Of a stretch of DNA of 64,000 nt, positions 20,077 through 30,172 are shown piece by piece (the stretch's first letter is position 1; each line of letters opens with the position of its first letter). The notes below the pieces were generated by a model, which saw only the letters and a list, made by a program, of their open reading frames with translations, had not been told where the DNA came from and did not search any database. The stretch lies in NCBI GenBank assembly GCA_017644005.1, contig JAEPMJ010000004.1:238885-302884 (forward strand). Direction: 5' to 3'. The position numbers were made by a program, and so were the translations under genes. The stretch is from Rhizobiaceae bacterium (GTDB lineage Bacteria > Pseudomonadota > Alphaproteobacteria > Rhizobiales > Rhizobiaceae).

Positions 20077-20141
20077 CGGCCCGCAATAGCTTTTGACATC
20101 GTCGCGGGCAATCTATCCTCTTGTTAACTTAACCGCGGAGG

Positions 20142-20855
20142 ATGCCCATGAACATCACCTGGTACGGCCACTCGGCCTTCAGAATCGAGAACGGCGATGC
20201 CAAAATCCTGATCGATCCGTTTCTGACCGGAAGTCCCGCATGGGACGGGGGCTGGGAAAGTGCGGCGGAAGGGGTAACGCACATTCTGCTGACACATGGC
20301 CACAACGACCATGTCGGCGATGCGCTCGATATTCTGAAGAAAACCGGTGCGATGCTGGTCGCCAATTTCGAGATATGCATGTGGCTGGTTGGGCAGGGCG
20401 TCGGTGAAGACAAAGTCAATCCGGGCAATACCGGCGGCACCGTGGACTGCGGCGGTTTCACGGTGAGCTTTGTGCGGGCAGATCACTCTTCGTCGTTTCA
20501 GACGGGCGACGGTGCGAATGTCTATCTCGGCAACCCGCTCGGGCTTGTGCTTCATTTTCCAGAGGGCAAGAGCGTTTACCATATGGGCGACACGGACATC
20601 TTCTCCGATATGGGGCTGATCAACGAGTTACACCGGCCGCAGATCGGGATCGTGCCCATCGGCGACCGCTTCACGATGGGAGGTGCGGTGGCGGCACTGG
20701 CGTGCCGGCGGTTCTTCAAGTTCGAGACGGCTATCCCGTGCCACTACGGGTCGTTTCCGATCATCGATCAAAGCGCAGACAAATTCGTCGCCGGCATGGA
20801 TGGATCGGGCACCGACGTGCTTACGCTCGAGCCCGGCGGGTCGGCGTCGTTTTGA
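20142..20855 (+). CDS. metallo-beta-lactamase-fold hydrolase (UPF0173-like)
   Basis: 237 aa. HxHxDH motif [12 protein letters not shown]. Confidence 0.8.
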   Translation: MPMNITWYGHSAFRIENGDAKILIDPFLTGSPAWDGGWESAAEGVTHILLTHGHNDHVGDALDILKKTGAMLVANFEICMWLVGQGVGEDKVNPGNTGGTVDCGGFTVSFVRADHSSSFQTGDGANVYLGNPLGLVLHFPEGKSVYHMGDTDIFSDMGLINELHRPQIGIVPIGDRFTMGGAVAALACRRFFKFETAIPCHYGSFPIIDQSADKFVAGMDGSGTDVLTLEPGGSASF

Positions 20856-20950
20856 GCGACCTTTCTATTCCGGTCACGCTCCACGGTTGCGCTTGGAGCA
20901 GCCGGGTTCTATAGGCGCGGGGAGCTTTTCCTTCATTTTTGGAGTCCGCC

Positions 20951-21238
20951 ATGTCGGTCGACATTGCCACTGTCAAACATGTCGCGCGCCTTGCCCGAAT
21001 CGCGGTCGACGACGCCGATGCCGAACGCATGACCGGCGAGCTTAATGCGATCCTCGGTTTCGTCGAGCAACTAAATGAGGTCGACGTTTCCGGCGTGGAG
21101 CCGATGACCTCCGTCATCCCCATGGAGATGAAGAAGCGCCAGGATGCGGTGACCGACGGCGGCAAGGCTGCCGACATCGTGGCCAATGCGCCGGCGACCG
21201 AAGAGAATTTCTTCCTGGTTCCGAAGGTGGTGGAATAG
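20951..21238 (+). CDS. gatC: Asp/Glu-tRNA amidotransferase subunit C
   Basis: 95 aa: [19 protein letters not shown]...[28 protein letters not shown] 20951 follows GGAG. Confidence 0.9.
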   Translation: MSVDIATVKHVARLARIAVDDADAERMTGELNAILGFVEQLNEVDVSGVEPMTSVIPMEMKKRQDAVTDGGKAADIVANAPATEENFFLVPKVVE

Positions 21239-21243
21239 GTCCG

Positions 21244-21711
21244 ATGCCGATCGCCATCACGGTCGAGACGCCACTGCAGGATGCCGTACGCTCCATGGTG
21301 GCGGCGCTGAACGACTACCTCATGCCGCTGTCACCGCCCGAGTTTCAGTTTCAGCTTACGGCGGAACAAATGGCGGAGCCGGGCGTGACCGTGTTCGTTG
21401 CCCGGGACGCGGGCGGCAAAGCAGTGGGCATGGCGTCGCTGAAAGACCATGGCGACGGCCTCGGAGAAGTCAAACGCATGTTCACGCTGCCTGAAGTGCG
21501 CGGACAAAGGGTCGGTGCGCTGCTGCTTGAACGGCTGGAGCAGCTTGCGCGGCAGAAGAAGATAGTCCGGCTGGTGCTGGAAACCGGCGAGGCGCCGGGA
21601 TTCGAGCCTGCCTGGCGGGTATATGAGCGCGGCGGGTTCACCCAATGCGGTGCGGTGCTGGACTATCCAGATTCCGGCTGGTCGCGATTTTACGAGAAGA
21701 AGCTTTCCTGA
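21244..21711 (+). CDS. GNAT-family N-acetyltransferase
   Basis: 155 aa. Acetyl-CoA motif [22 protein letters not shown]. It lies between gatC and gatA, and its stop overlaps the gatA ATG. Confidence 0.8.
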   Translation: MPIAITVETPLQDAVRSMVAALNDYLMPLSPPEFQFQLTAEQMAEPGVTVFVARDAGGKAVGMASLKDHGDGLGEVKRMFTLPEVRGQRVGALLLERLEQLARQKKIVRLVLETGEAPGFEPAWRVYERGGFTQCGAVLDYPDSGWSRFYEKKLS

Positions 21712-23192
21712 TGACCGAGATCACCAAACTGACGATTGCAGAAGCGCGCGCGAAGCTCAAGGAGAAGGCGTTTTCCGCGCTCGAGCTGACCAACGCCTAT
21801 CTCGAAGCGATCGACGCCGCCAACCCGGAGCTCAATGCGTATGTGGCAGTGACACATGACAAGGCGCGCGCCATGGCTGAAGCTTCAGACAGGCGGCTGG
21901 CGGCCGGTGAAGGCGGGGCGCTGGAAGGCATTCCGCTCGGGGTGAAGGATCTGTTTGCCACCGAGGGCGTGCATACGCAGGCCGGCAGCCATGTTCTGGA
22001 CGGCTTCGAGCCGCGTTACGAATCGACCGTCACGGCCAATCTGTGGGCCGATGGCGCGGTGATGTTGGGCAAGCTCAACATGGATGAGTTCGCGATGGGC
22101 TCCTCCAACGAGACATCCTATTACGGGCCGGTCACCAATCCCTGGCGGGCGAGAGGCGACAACAAGGCGCTGGTGCCGGGCGGTTCTTCGGGTGGCTCCG
22201 CTGCGGCAGTCGCGTCACGGCTCTGCGCCGGAGCGACGGCGACCGACACGGGCGGCTCGATCCGTCAGCCGGCAGCATTCACGGGAACAGTCGGTATCAA
22301 GCCGACCTATGGCCGCTGCTCGCGCTGGGGCACGGTGGCATTCGCCTCCTCGCTCGACCAGGCCGGGCCGATCGCGCGCGATGTACGCGACGCGGCGATC
22401 CTGCTCCGGTCGATGGCATCCTCGGATCCGAAGGACACGACATCGGTGATGCAGGATGTGCCCGACTACGAAGCCGCGCTCGGGCAGTCGGTGAAGGGCC
22501 TCAAGATCGGAATTCCCAAGGAATACCGTATGGACGGCATGCCCGAGGAAATCGAGAAACTGTGGCAGCAGGGCATCGCCTGGATGAAGGATGCGGGGGC
22601 CGAGATCGTCGATATTTCGCTGCCGCACACCAAATATGCCCTGCCGGCCTATTACATCGTGGCGCCGGCGGAGGCTTCGTCCAACCTGGCGCGTTACGAC
22701 GGTGTGCGCTACGGGCTGCGGGTTCCGGGCAAGGACATTATCGACATGTATGAAAAGACCCGCGCCGCCGGTTTCGGCCGCGAGGTCAAACGGCGAGTGA
22801 TGATCGGCACCTATGTGCTGTCGGCCGGCTACTACGATGCCTATTATGTGCAGGCGCAGAAGGTGCGCACGCTGATCAAGAAGGATTTCGAGGACGTCTT
22901 CGCCGATGGCGTGGACGCGATCCTGACGCCTGCGACCCCCTCCGCGGCTTTCGGTATCGCAGATGAGGACATGGCCTCCGACCCGGTGAAAATGTACCTG
23001 AATGACATTTTCACGGTGACGGTGAACATGGCCGGGCTGCCTGGCATTGCGGTGCCTGGCGGGCTGGACGCGAATGGCCTGCCGCTCGGACTGCAACTGA
23101 TCGGGCGTCCGTTCGACGAAGAGATGTTGTTCCGCACTGCCCATGTGATCGAGCAGGCGGCGGGCCGTTTCGAACCCGTCAAATGGTGGTGA
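21711..23192 (+). CDS. gatA: Asp/Glu-tRNA amidotransferase subunit A
   Basis: 493 aa from [16 protein letters not shown]. Amidase signature [11 protein letters not shown]. Confidence 0.93.
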   Translation: MTEITKLTIAEARAKLKEKAFSALELTNAYLEAIDAANPELNAYVAVTHDKARAMAEASDRRLAAGEGGALEGIPLGVKDLFATEGVHTQAGSHVLDGFEPRYESTVTANLWADGAVMLGKLNMDEFAMGSSNETSYYGPVTNPWRARGDNKALVPGGSSGGSAAAVASRLCAGATATDTGGSIRQPAAFTGTVGIKPTYGRCSRWGTVAFASSLDQAGPIARDVRDAAILLRSMASSDPKDTTSVMQDVPDYEAALGQSVKGLKIGIPKEYRMDGMPEEIEKLWQQGIAWMKDAGAEIVDISLPHTKYALPAYYIVAPAEASSNLARYDGVRYGLRVPGKDIIDMYEKTRAAGFGREVKRRVMIGTYVLSAGYYDAYYVQAQKVRTLIKKDFEDVFADGVDAILTPATPSAAFGIADEDMASDPVKMYLNDIFTVTVNMAGLPGIAVPGGLDANGLPLGLQLIGRPFDEEMLFRTAHVIEQAAGRFEPVKWW

Positions 23193-23376
23193 ACGGCGGC
23201 GGCATAACCGAAGCCGGCACGCGCGATGCCGAAGACGTCGGAGGACTGATTGCGCGCCGCGGCGCGTCCGGCAACGGCAATAGCCGGCGATGGCGACACC
23301 GGCGACAGGCCGCCTGAGGTTTACGGGCGCTGCGCAGGCCGCTTTGCGCCGACGTGGAATCGGTTATCCTGCGGTG

Positions 23377-23994
23377 ATGAGTGACCTGACCGACGCGCGG
23401 CGCAGCATCGTGAATCTTCTGAAAACGCGCGCCGACAGCCGCATTACCATCCGTGAAACCGCGGACGGGCTTGGCATCGACAATCCCAGCCACAGGCGGA
23501 TGCCGATGATCCTGTTCCTGCTTCTGTGGCTGGGAGGCTGGGCCTTCGGCGAATATTTCGCGCTGACTCAGATATTCCGAAGTGGGGCGCCTCCATCAGC
23601 TGACCTGTTTCTGATTGTCTGGGTGACCTTCTGGACGCTTGGCGGTGCAGCTGCGTGGTATGTTGTGCTGCGGGAGCTCTTCGGGGTGGAACGGCTTTTC
23701 ATCACGGGTGGCGCGCTGGTACGTGAGGCCGGGTTGTGGCGGCTCAGACGGCGGCAGGTGTTCAGCCTTGCCGATGTGAGCGACATAGGGATGTCGCCGG
23801 AGCCAGCCGCTCCCAACTCCCTCAATCGCGCCATCAGTTTCAAAGTTGGCGGCGAGGAGTGTGGTTTCGGAATCGCCATGAGCAGGGAAGAGGCCGAGCG
23901 GTCCCTAGCCGCGATCAGACGACATCTCAAGAGCAAGAAACGGACAAGCGCGATTGCGGGTGGCGGCAACACCGAAACCGGCGAACGCCATTAG
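23377..23994 (+). CDS. hypothetical membrane protein
   Basis: Two adjacent TM helices (ILFLLLWLGGWAFGEYF, LFLIVWVTFWTLGGAAAWYVV), then a soluble tail. The start is uncertain (ATG 23377 or 23290). Confidence 0.5.
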   Translation: MSDLTDARRSIVNLLKTRADSRITIRETADGLGIDNPSHRRMPMILFLLLWLGGWAFGEYFALTQIFRSGAPPSADLFLIVWVTFWTLGGAAAWYVVLRELFGVERLFITGGALVREAGLWRLRRRQVFSLADVSDIGMSPEPAAPNSLNRAISFKVGGEECGFGIAMSREEAERSLAAIRRHLKSKKRTSAIAGGGNTETGERH

Positions 23995-23999
23995 ACGCC

Positions 24000-24794
24000 A
24001 TGTTTTTCTATCTGTCCAAGATACTCTGGTTCTTTCTGCAACCGCTCGGGCTGACGACGCTTCTGCTTTTTGCCGGCCTTGCTGCGCTGGCGGTGTCCTG
24101 GCGAAAAACCGCTGCATCGGCATTTTGCGCGGGTTTTCTTGTACTGTTCATTTCCAGCTGGACTACGTTTGGAGCGTTGATGCTGCAGCCGCTCGAAGAT
24201 CGCTTCGCGCGCCCGGATGAGCTGCCGCCCGGAATCGCTGGCATTATCGTACTGGGTGGCGGCTTCGAAGGTGCCGTGAACTCTGTGCGCGGCGGTTATG
24301 AACTCGCCAGCGCCGGCGACCGCTTCGTGGAAGCCGCAGTGCTGGCAAGACGCTTTCCCGGCGTGCCGGTGGTGATTACCGGCGGCAGCGGCGCGCTCGT
24401 ATTCCATGGCGAGCCGGACGCGGATACGGCTCCGCGACTCCTGGCGGCGCTGGGCGTATCGCCTGAGCGGCTGGTTTTGGAGAACGAGTCGCGAAATACA
24501 TATGAAAACGCAGTGTTTACACGGAGACTCTTGCAACCTGATTCAACTCAGAACTGGCTTCTGGTGACGTCCGCGTTCCATATGCCGAGGTCGGTTTCGC
24601 TGTTCCGCAAGGCAGGGTTCAATGTGATCGCCTGGCCGGTCGACTACCGGACGACTGGTGAAGAGTGGATCGGCGTTGCACAAGACAATGCGATCGACTC
24701 GCTTCACACCACCACACTTGCGATCCGCGAATGGGTTGGGCTGATCGCATATAGGCTGACCGGGCGGGTCGATTCCCTTTTTCCGGCGCCCTGA
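24000..24794 (+). CDS. YdcF/ElyC (DUF218) family protein
   Basis: 264 aa from MFFYLSKILWFFLQPLG. DUF218 core IIVLGGG...NTYENA...LLVTSAFHMPRS. The track ORF start at 23736 is an artefactual extension. Confidence 0.8.
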   Translation: MFFYLSKILWFFLQPLGLTTLLLFAGLAALAVSWRKTAASAFCAGFLVLFISSWTTFGALMLQPLEDRFARPDELPPGIAGIIVLGGGFEGAVNSVRGGYELASAGDRFVEAAVLARRFPGVPVVITGGSGALVFHGEPDADTAPRLLAALGVSPERLVLENESRNTYENAVFTRRLLQPDSTQNWLLVTSAFHMPRSVSLFRKAGFNVIAWPVDYRTTGEEWIGVAQDNAIDSLHTTTLAIREWVGLIAYRLTGRVDSLFPAP

Positions 24795-25056
24795 TGGGCG
24801 GCAATGCCCTATGCACAGGCCGCAATGCAGCCTTGAGTATTAACAATGTCTGAACTCGGGCCTTTACGATAACTTATTGAAATTCCGCGAAAATCTTTTC
24901 GAACGTATCGGAATGTGACGGTGGGGAAGCCTCGATTCGGCCATTTTTGCATTGCGAAAGGCGGGGTGAATAGCTAAGAGCAGCCAACGACGGAGTGGGG
25001 CCGTCGAGCGGCAAATGCCGCAGCGCATTTGGGGTTCTTTGATTCACGGAAGTGGT

Positions 25057-25185
25057 ATGGAAGACAGTATCCAGAAATCCTGCTGGGGCGTAACAGCCAA
25101 AGCAGCAATCGGTTTTGCCGGCATTATCCTCCTTGCCTGGCTTATCGGTGGATCGGAGACGGTAGCGGTTATCGCCGCAAGCTGA
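25057..25185 (+). CDS. candidate 42-aa small membrane protein (below the track cutoff)
   Basis: Own translation: MEDSIQKSCWGVTAKAAIGFAGIILLAWLIGGSETVAVIAAS. A weak GGAAG lies upstream, and a strong terminator follows 22 nt after the stop. Confidence 0.3.
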   Translation: MEDSIQKSCWGVTAKAAIGFAGIILLAWLIGGSETVAVIAAS

Positions 25186-25206
25186 TCCGACCGGCAGATT
25201 TGAGTT

Positions 25207-25240
25207 AAAGGGCGTGGCTTCGGCCGCGCCTTTTTCTTTT
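25207..25240 (+). terminator. Rho-independent terminator
   Basis: AAAGGGCGTGGC-TTCG-GCCGCGCCTTT hairpin, followed by TTTTTCTTTT. Confidence 0.7.
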
Positions 25241-25346
25241 GTTGCCGGGCTGGCGCAATCGGACAAGTGCGGCGGCGCTATCAGAACGTGGCGGCGGGAT
25301 GGTATGAAGCAGCGTTCTGCAAATCTGCCGCCACGAGCCTGCTTCG

Positions 25347-26747
25347 ATGTTTCTTTCCGTATTCGACCTTTTCAAGATCGGCATCGGGCCCTCCAGTTCA
25401 CACACGATGGGGCCGATGGTGGCTGCGGCCAGATTTCTTGAAGAGATCGCCGGTGGCGATTGGCCGCGTCCGGCCGGCGTCGAGGTGGCGGCGCTCAAGG
25501 TCAGCCTGCACGGTTCACTGGCTTTCACCGGGGTAGGTCATGCGAGCGACCGGGCTGTCATTCTTGGTCTCGACGGCAAGACGCCTGAAACAGCAGACCC
25601 GGACCAGGCAGAAACGGACATGGAACGGATCGGTCGCGAGAAGAAGGTGTTGCCGCCCCGGCATCCGGGTTATCGGTTCGATCCTGAAAACGACCTTGTT
25701 CTGGACCGCAAGAACCCGTTGCCCGGCCACGCCAACGGTATGACCTTCATGGCGTTGGCCGGTGACGACAGGTTGCTTCTCAAGCGCGTCTATTATTCGG
25801 TCGGTGGTGGTTTCGTGGTCTCGGAGGAAGAGCTGCAGCGGCTGAAGGCGCGCAGCAAGCCGCCGGTCGAAAAGGGGGTGCCTTATCCCTTCGCCAACGC
25901 CAAGCAGATGCTGGCGATGGCCGCGCAGAGCGGACTCTCGATTGCCGAGATGAAACGCGCGAACGAAGAGACGAACCAGACGAGCGCGGAGCTGGATGCC
26001 GGCCTGGACGCAATCTGGTCCGCCATGCACGGCTGCATCGAAAGGGGGCTGTCGCAGGACGGCATCATGCCGGGCGGACTAAAGGTGAAACGGCGCGCGC
26101 GCGCGTTGCATGACAAGCTCGAAGAAGAATGGAGCAGAAACCGGCCAAACCCGCTTCTCGCCAATGACTGGCTCTCCGTATATGCCATGGCCGTGAACGA
26201 GGAAAACGCTGCCGGAGGGCGCGTGGTGACCGCGCCGACAAACGGAGCGGCAGGCGTTGTGCCGGCGGTCATCCGCTACTGGCAGCATTTTCACGTCGAT
26301 GCGACCGAACGCGATATCCGGGATTTTCTGCTGACTGCCGCCGCGGTCGGGGGCATCATCAAACACAACGCCTCCATTTCGGGCGCTGAAGTCGGCTGCC
26401 AGGGGGAGGTGGGTTCGGCGTCGGCGATGGCGGCGGCCGGCCTGTGCGCGGTGATGGGCGGGACACCCGAACAGGTGGAGAACGCTGCCGAGATCGCGCT
26501 TGAGCATCATCTCGGCATGACCTGCGATCCCGTTGGCGGGCTGGTGCAGGTGCCTTGCATCGAGCGCAACGCACTCGGCGCGGTGAAGGCTGTCACCGCC
26601 GCTTCGCTGGCGATCAAGGGCGACGGCCAACATTTCGTGCCGCTGGACGCCGCAATCGAGACCATGCGCCAGACCGGCATAGACATGAACGAGCGCTACA
26701 AGGAAACAAGCCAGGGCGGACTGGCGGTCAACGTGGTGGAGTGCTGA
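25347..26747 (+). CDS. sdaA: L-serine ammonia-lyase (iron-sulfur dependent)
   Basis: 466 aa. N-terminus MFLSVFDLFKIGIGPSSSHTMGP, and a C-terminal alpha domain with conserved Cys residues. Confidence 0.92.
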   Translation: MFLSVFDLFKIGIGPSSSHTMGPMVAAARFLEEIAGGDWPRPAGVEVAALKVSLHGSLAFTGVGHASDRAVILGLDGKTPETADPDQAETDMERIGREKKVLPPRHPGYRFDPENDLVLDRKNPLPGHANGMTFMALAGDDRLLLKRVYYSVGGGFVVSEEELQRLKARSKPPVEKGVPYPFANAKQMLAMAAQSGLSIAEMKRANEETNQTSAELDAGLDAIWSAMHGCIERGLSQDGIMPGGLKVKRRARALHDKLEEEWSRNRPNPLLANDWLSVYAMAVNEENAAGGRVVTAPTNGAAGVVPAVIRYWQHFHVDATERDIRDFLLTAAAVGGIIKHNASISGAEVGCQGEVGSASAMAAAGLCAVMGGTPEQVENAAEIALEHHLGMTCDPVGGLVQVPCIERNALGAVKAVTAASLAIKGDGQHFVPLDAAIETMRQTGIDMNERYKETSQGGLAVNVVEC

Positions 26748-26759
26748 CCGCCGCCCGGT

Positions 26760-27728
26760 TCAACCCCCGGCGAAAACCTGGTGCAGTCGCTCGGCGAACG
26801 CGCGCGTGTGTTTCTCAAAACCGAAGTGGTCACCCGGAAATATCACGGGCGCGACTTCCAGTCCGGACGCCAGCGCACGGCTCATTTCATCGATAGGCTG
26901 GCCAGCCGACTCTTCACCGATTGCCACCGCGATAGGTGCGGTGGATGCCTTCAGGGCTGCGACATCCGGCTTGTAAGTCGACAGCGGGATCATGCCGTGC
27001 GCAAGCCAATACTCAAAGTTTGCGCCAACGCGCGCCGCGGTCTCCGCCGCCTCAGGGGCCATCTCGCCATCCGAGTGTGCGTCATCCGGTTCGTCGCCTT
27101 CCAGTCCGGCCATCGCAAAAAACGCAGCCATTGCCGCCCCAATACCCTCGGTGCGGTAGGTTTCGCGGAGGTCACGATCCGACTGCAGATAGGGTTCGGG
27201 ATTATCGAGCAACATGGTTGAGGGCGGTTCGTGAGCGACCAAAGCGTGGACAAACTCGGGGTGACGCGCAGCGAGATTCAAGCCGATCTGCGCGCCGCCG
27301 CTTGTACCGAACACATAAGCGGGGCCGGCGCCAACCGCCTCGATGATCGCGGCGGCGTCGTCGGCCTGCTGATCTACATCGAGTTCCGCAGCGTCACCGT
27401 CGAAATGACTGCGCGAGTTGCCGCGCGGGTCGTAGGTGACCACCGTGTATCTATCCGCCAGAACTTCGGCCAGGCCGACGAACACGCCTGCATCCTGCGG
27501 GCCGCCGGGGATTACGAGCAGCACGGGTCCGTTGCCGCGTACCTCATAATACAGGGAAGCGCCTGCCACTTTCAAAGTGGATGCCCTGGCCTGGTTGATC
27601 ATCGTTTGTGCTCCCCGTGGTTCGTTGCTGGTCGTTTGTGTGTCTGCGTTGGCCAAAGCCGCCGGGCCGCTTCCCAGAAGAAGTGCGCCGAAGGCCAGGG
27701 CGACCGCAGATTTGGATCGCTTCTGCAT
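26760..27728 (-). CDS. secreted alpha/beta-fold hydrolase
   Basis: Signal peptide MQKRSKSAVALAFGALLLGSGPAALA and nucleophile elbow GTSGG (GxSxG). I set the start at the second ATG (27728), which has 9-nt spacing from AGGA. Confidence 0.8.
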   Translation of the reverse strand: MQKRSKSAVALAFGALLLGSGPAALANADTQTTSNEPRGAQTMINQARASTLKVAGASLYYEVRGNGPVLLVIPGGPQDAGVFVGLAEVLADRYTVVTYDPRGNSRSHFDGDAAELDVDQQADDAAAIIEAVGAGPAYVFGTSGGAQIGLNLAARHPEFVHALVAHEPPSTMLLDNPEPYLQSDRDLRETYRTEGIGAAMAAFFAMAGLEGDEPDDAHSDGEMAPEAAETAARVGANFEYWLAHGMIPLSTYKPDVAALKASTAPIAVAIGEESAGQPIDEMSRALASGLEVAPVIFPGDHFGFEKHTRAFAERLHQVFAGG

Positions 27729-27746
27729 GATTCTCATTCCTGTTTG

Positions 27747-27765
27747 GTACTAGACGGTCTAGTAC
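27747..27765. promoter_or_regulatory. perfect 9-1-9 palindrome GTACTAGACGGTCTAGTAC, likely the TetR operator
   Basis: Read directly from the divergent spacer between the hydrolase and the TetR gene. Confidence 0.6.
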
Positions 27766-27775
27766 TATAACAATG

Positions 27776-27794
27776 CAACTAGACTGTCCAGTAC
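27776..27794. promoter_or_regulatory. degenerate second copy of the operator (CAACTAGACTGTCCAGTAC)
   Basis: 15 of 19 positions match site 1. The centres are 29 bp apart. Confidence 0.45.
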
Positions 27795-27841
27795 CGATGT
27801 GTCATGTGGAGTATGGTGACGTGCAATAATGCGGGAGAAGG

Positions 27842-28498
27842 ATGGTGGTGTCGGATCGAATTGAGAGTGCGCCGGGGAGCAGCAAACGCTCGTCGCGCAA
27901 GCGGCTGGCGATACTTGACGCGGCTACGGAGGTCTTTCTGCGAGACGGCTACCTCGGAACCAGCATGGACGAAATTGCAACGCTGTCGTCAGTCTCGAAG
28001 CAGACGGTCTACAAACATTTCTCCAGCAAGGAGGCCCTATTCGTCGAGATCGTGTCGAGCCTGACCGACCGCACCGGCGATGCCGTGCATGCCGAGATGC
28101 CGCCGATGCAGGAGGCGGGGGATGTTGCCACCTATCTCGAGGCATATGGCTACCGGCAGCTTTCGATTGTGCTTACGCCGCGCATCATGCAGCTGCGCCG
28201 GCTGGTGATCGGTGAGGTGAGCCGCTTTCCCGATCTGGCGCGTGTGCTCTACGAGCGTGGACCGCAACGTGCGATGGGCGAACTGGCAGATCTGTTCAGT
28301 CAGCTTGCGGCCGACGGTCTTCTTGCGGTGAAAGACCCAGCGATGGCAGCGGTGCATTTCAACTGGCTGGTCATGGCACAGGCGCTCAACCAGGCGATGC
28401 TTCTCGGCGACGACGCAATTCCGACGCCGGCGGAGCAGCGGCGCGCGGTAAAGGAAGGCCTCGCCGTATTTCTGGCTGCTTATGGCGTGAAGCGATAG
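27842..28498 (+). CDS. TetR/AcrR family transcriptional regulator
   Basis: 218 aa. HTH TSMDEIATLSSVSKQTVYKHFSSKEALF. RBS GGGAGAAGG. Confidence 0.9.
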   Translation: MVVSDRIESAPGSSKRSSRKRLAILDAATEVFLRDGYLGTSMDEIATLSSVSKQTVYKHFSSKEALFVEIVSSLTDRTGDAVHAEMPPMQEAGDVATYLEAYGYRQLSIVLTPRIMQLRRLVIGEVSRFPDLARVLYERGPQRAMGELADLFSQLAADGLLAVKDPAMAAVHFNWLVMAQALNQAMLLGDDAIPTPAEQRRAVKEGLAVFLAAYGVKR

Positions 28499-28589
28499 GC
28501 TGCAGGGCGAGGCCAAGCGTATCCAGGCGGTTGTGGAGTTTCAGGCTACAGGACTTCCGTTGAACCGCCTGCCGGCCTAAATCTCATTC

Positions 28590-29030
28590 ATGACCCTTCA
28601 TCTCATCAAACTCTGCGTCGGCGCCGAAAGCGTCGAGGATCTGGAGGAATGGGTTGCCGGGCGCGTGGCCGACAAACCGCGTGCCGGACCCGGAGCGCCG
28701 CGCGAACCGTTCCACATCACGCGCATGGTGCCGAAGCGCGTCGATGAGCTGATGGAAGGCGGATCGCTCTACTGGGTGATCAAGGGGCAGGTGCAATGCC
28801 GCCAGCGCATCGTCGAGGTGCGGCCCTTCACCGATGCGGAGGGGATAGGGCGATGCTATCTGGTGCTCGATCCGAAGTTGCAGCGGACGCAATGGCAGCC
28901 GCGCCGGGCCTTCCAGGGTTGGCGGTATCTCAAGCCGCAAGACGCACCGGCTGACCTGCCGGATGACGCGGACATTGCCGCGATGCCTGTCGCTTTGCGC
29001 AGCGAACTCGCTGAACTGGGCCTTCTTTGA
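28590..29030 (+). CDS. DUF1489-like conserved hypothetical protein
   Basis: 146 aa: MTLHLIKLCVGAESVEDLEEW... Family assignment is from memory. Confidence 0.6.
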   Translation: MTLHLIKLCVGAESVEDLEEWVAGRVADKPRAGPGAPREPFHITRMVPKRVDELMEGGSLYWVIKGQVQCRQRIVEVRPFTDAEGIGRCYLVLDPKLQRTQWQPRRAFQGWRYLKPQDAPADLPDDADIAAMPVALRSELAELGLL

Positions 29031-29162
29031 AGCACCCGTCAAACGCCTGTCGTACTAACCATCTTGCTTTACCATGCCGCTGACAGCTGAACCGCTGTCG
29101 GCGTTTGTTATTGATAACGATGGGGAAACGCGCCATTATTTTGGCGGTGGGAGTACGGGTTC

Positions 29163-30101
29163 ATGTTTTTGTCGGGTGTAAATGGGCACGCGGACGAGCC
29201 AGCGCAGCGCAGCGCGCATGTGATCGTCTGCGGTAACGAAAAGGGCGGGTCGGGCAAATCGACCACCGCGATGCATATCGCAGTCGCGCTGCTTCGGTCC
29301 GGATACAGCGTCGCCACCGTCGATCTCGACGGTCGCCAGCTATCGCTCACGCATTATATCGACAACCGTAAACGCTGGGCCAGGCAGGCACGCATCGAAC
29401 TTCCGGCACCCAGTCATTTTCATGTGCCGCCGGCAAACCGGGACACGGTTGCCGACATGGAAAGCGAGGAATTTCGCCAGCTCACCGAAGGGCTGACGGA
29501 AATCCAGCACAATCATGATTTCGTCGTCATCGATACGCCGGGTTCGGACACCTTCCTGAACCGCATGGCACACCGCATTGCCGATACGCTGGTGACGCCG
29601 ATGAATGACAGCTTCGTCGATTTCGACGTGCTGGCGAAAATCGACCCGATCAGCCACGAAATTCTCGACCTGTCGCAATATGCCTCCGCCGTGCGCGATG
29701 CGCGCCGCCAGCGCCGGCAGACCGACAGTTCGATCCTCGACTGGATTGTTGTGCGCAACCGCATGGCGTCGATCTCGTCGCGCAACGAACAGAAGATCGA
29801 TGCCTGCCTGCGCAATCTGTCGATCCAGCTGGGTTTCAGACTTGCTGACGGCATTTCGGAGCGCGTGGTGTTTCGGGAGTTTTTCCCGATCGGGCTGACC
29901 GCGCTCGATGATTTCGAGGAACATATTCTGGGTACCAAGCCGACTCTGTCGCATCTTGCCGCGCGCCAGGAGATCAGGCAGCTCATAGGCGCGCTGCGCC
30001 TGCCCACCGACGAAGTGGGCCGCAAGCGGGCGGCATTGAGAAAACGCTATGCGGAAGCGATCAGCAGGCCGATCGCTCTGCCCGATATCTTCGTGAACTA
30101 A
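29163..30101 (+). CDS. mipZ: division-plane positioning ATPase MipZ
   Basis: 312 aa. Deviant Walker A VCGNEKGGSGKSTTAMHIA. ParA/MinD-like fold with the VDLDGRQLSLTHY segment typical of MipZ. Confidence 0.85.
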   Translation: MFLSGVNGHADEPAQRSAHVIVCGNEKGGSGKSTTAMHIAVALLRSGYSVATVDLDGRQLSLTHYIDNRKRWARQARIELPAPSHFHVPPANRDTVADMESEEFRQLTEGLTEIQHNHDFVVIDTPGSDTFLNRMAHRIADTLVTPMNDSFVDFDVLAKIDPISHEILDLSQYASAVRDARRQRRQTDSSILDWIVVRNRMASISSRNEQKIDACLRNLSIQLGFRLADGISERVVFREFFPIGLTALDDFEEHILGTKPTLSHLAARQEIRQLIGALRLPTDEVGRKRAALRKRYAEAISRPIALPDIFVN

Positions 30102-30172
30102 TCGGGCACTATTGGCACCTTTGCCCACCGTTGGCCCTTGCCAGCGCCCGCTGCGCGGCACATCTTCATGAC

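Noticed and set aside
24874-25266. 130-aa minus-strand ORF in the sdaA upstream spacer.
   Set aside because: It has no RBS and an atypical composition. It runs antisense through a strong plus-strand terminator and the small plus-strand ORF. I judged it non-coding.
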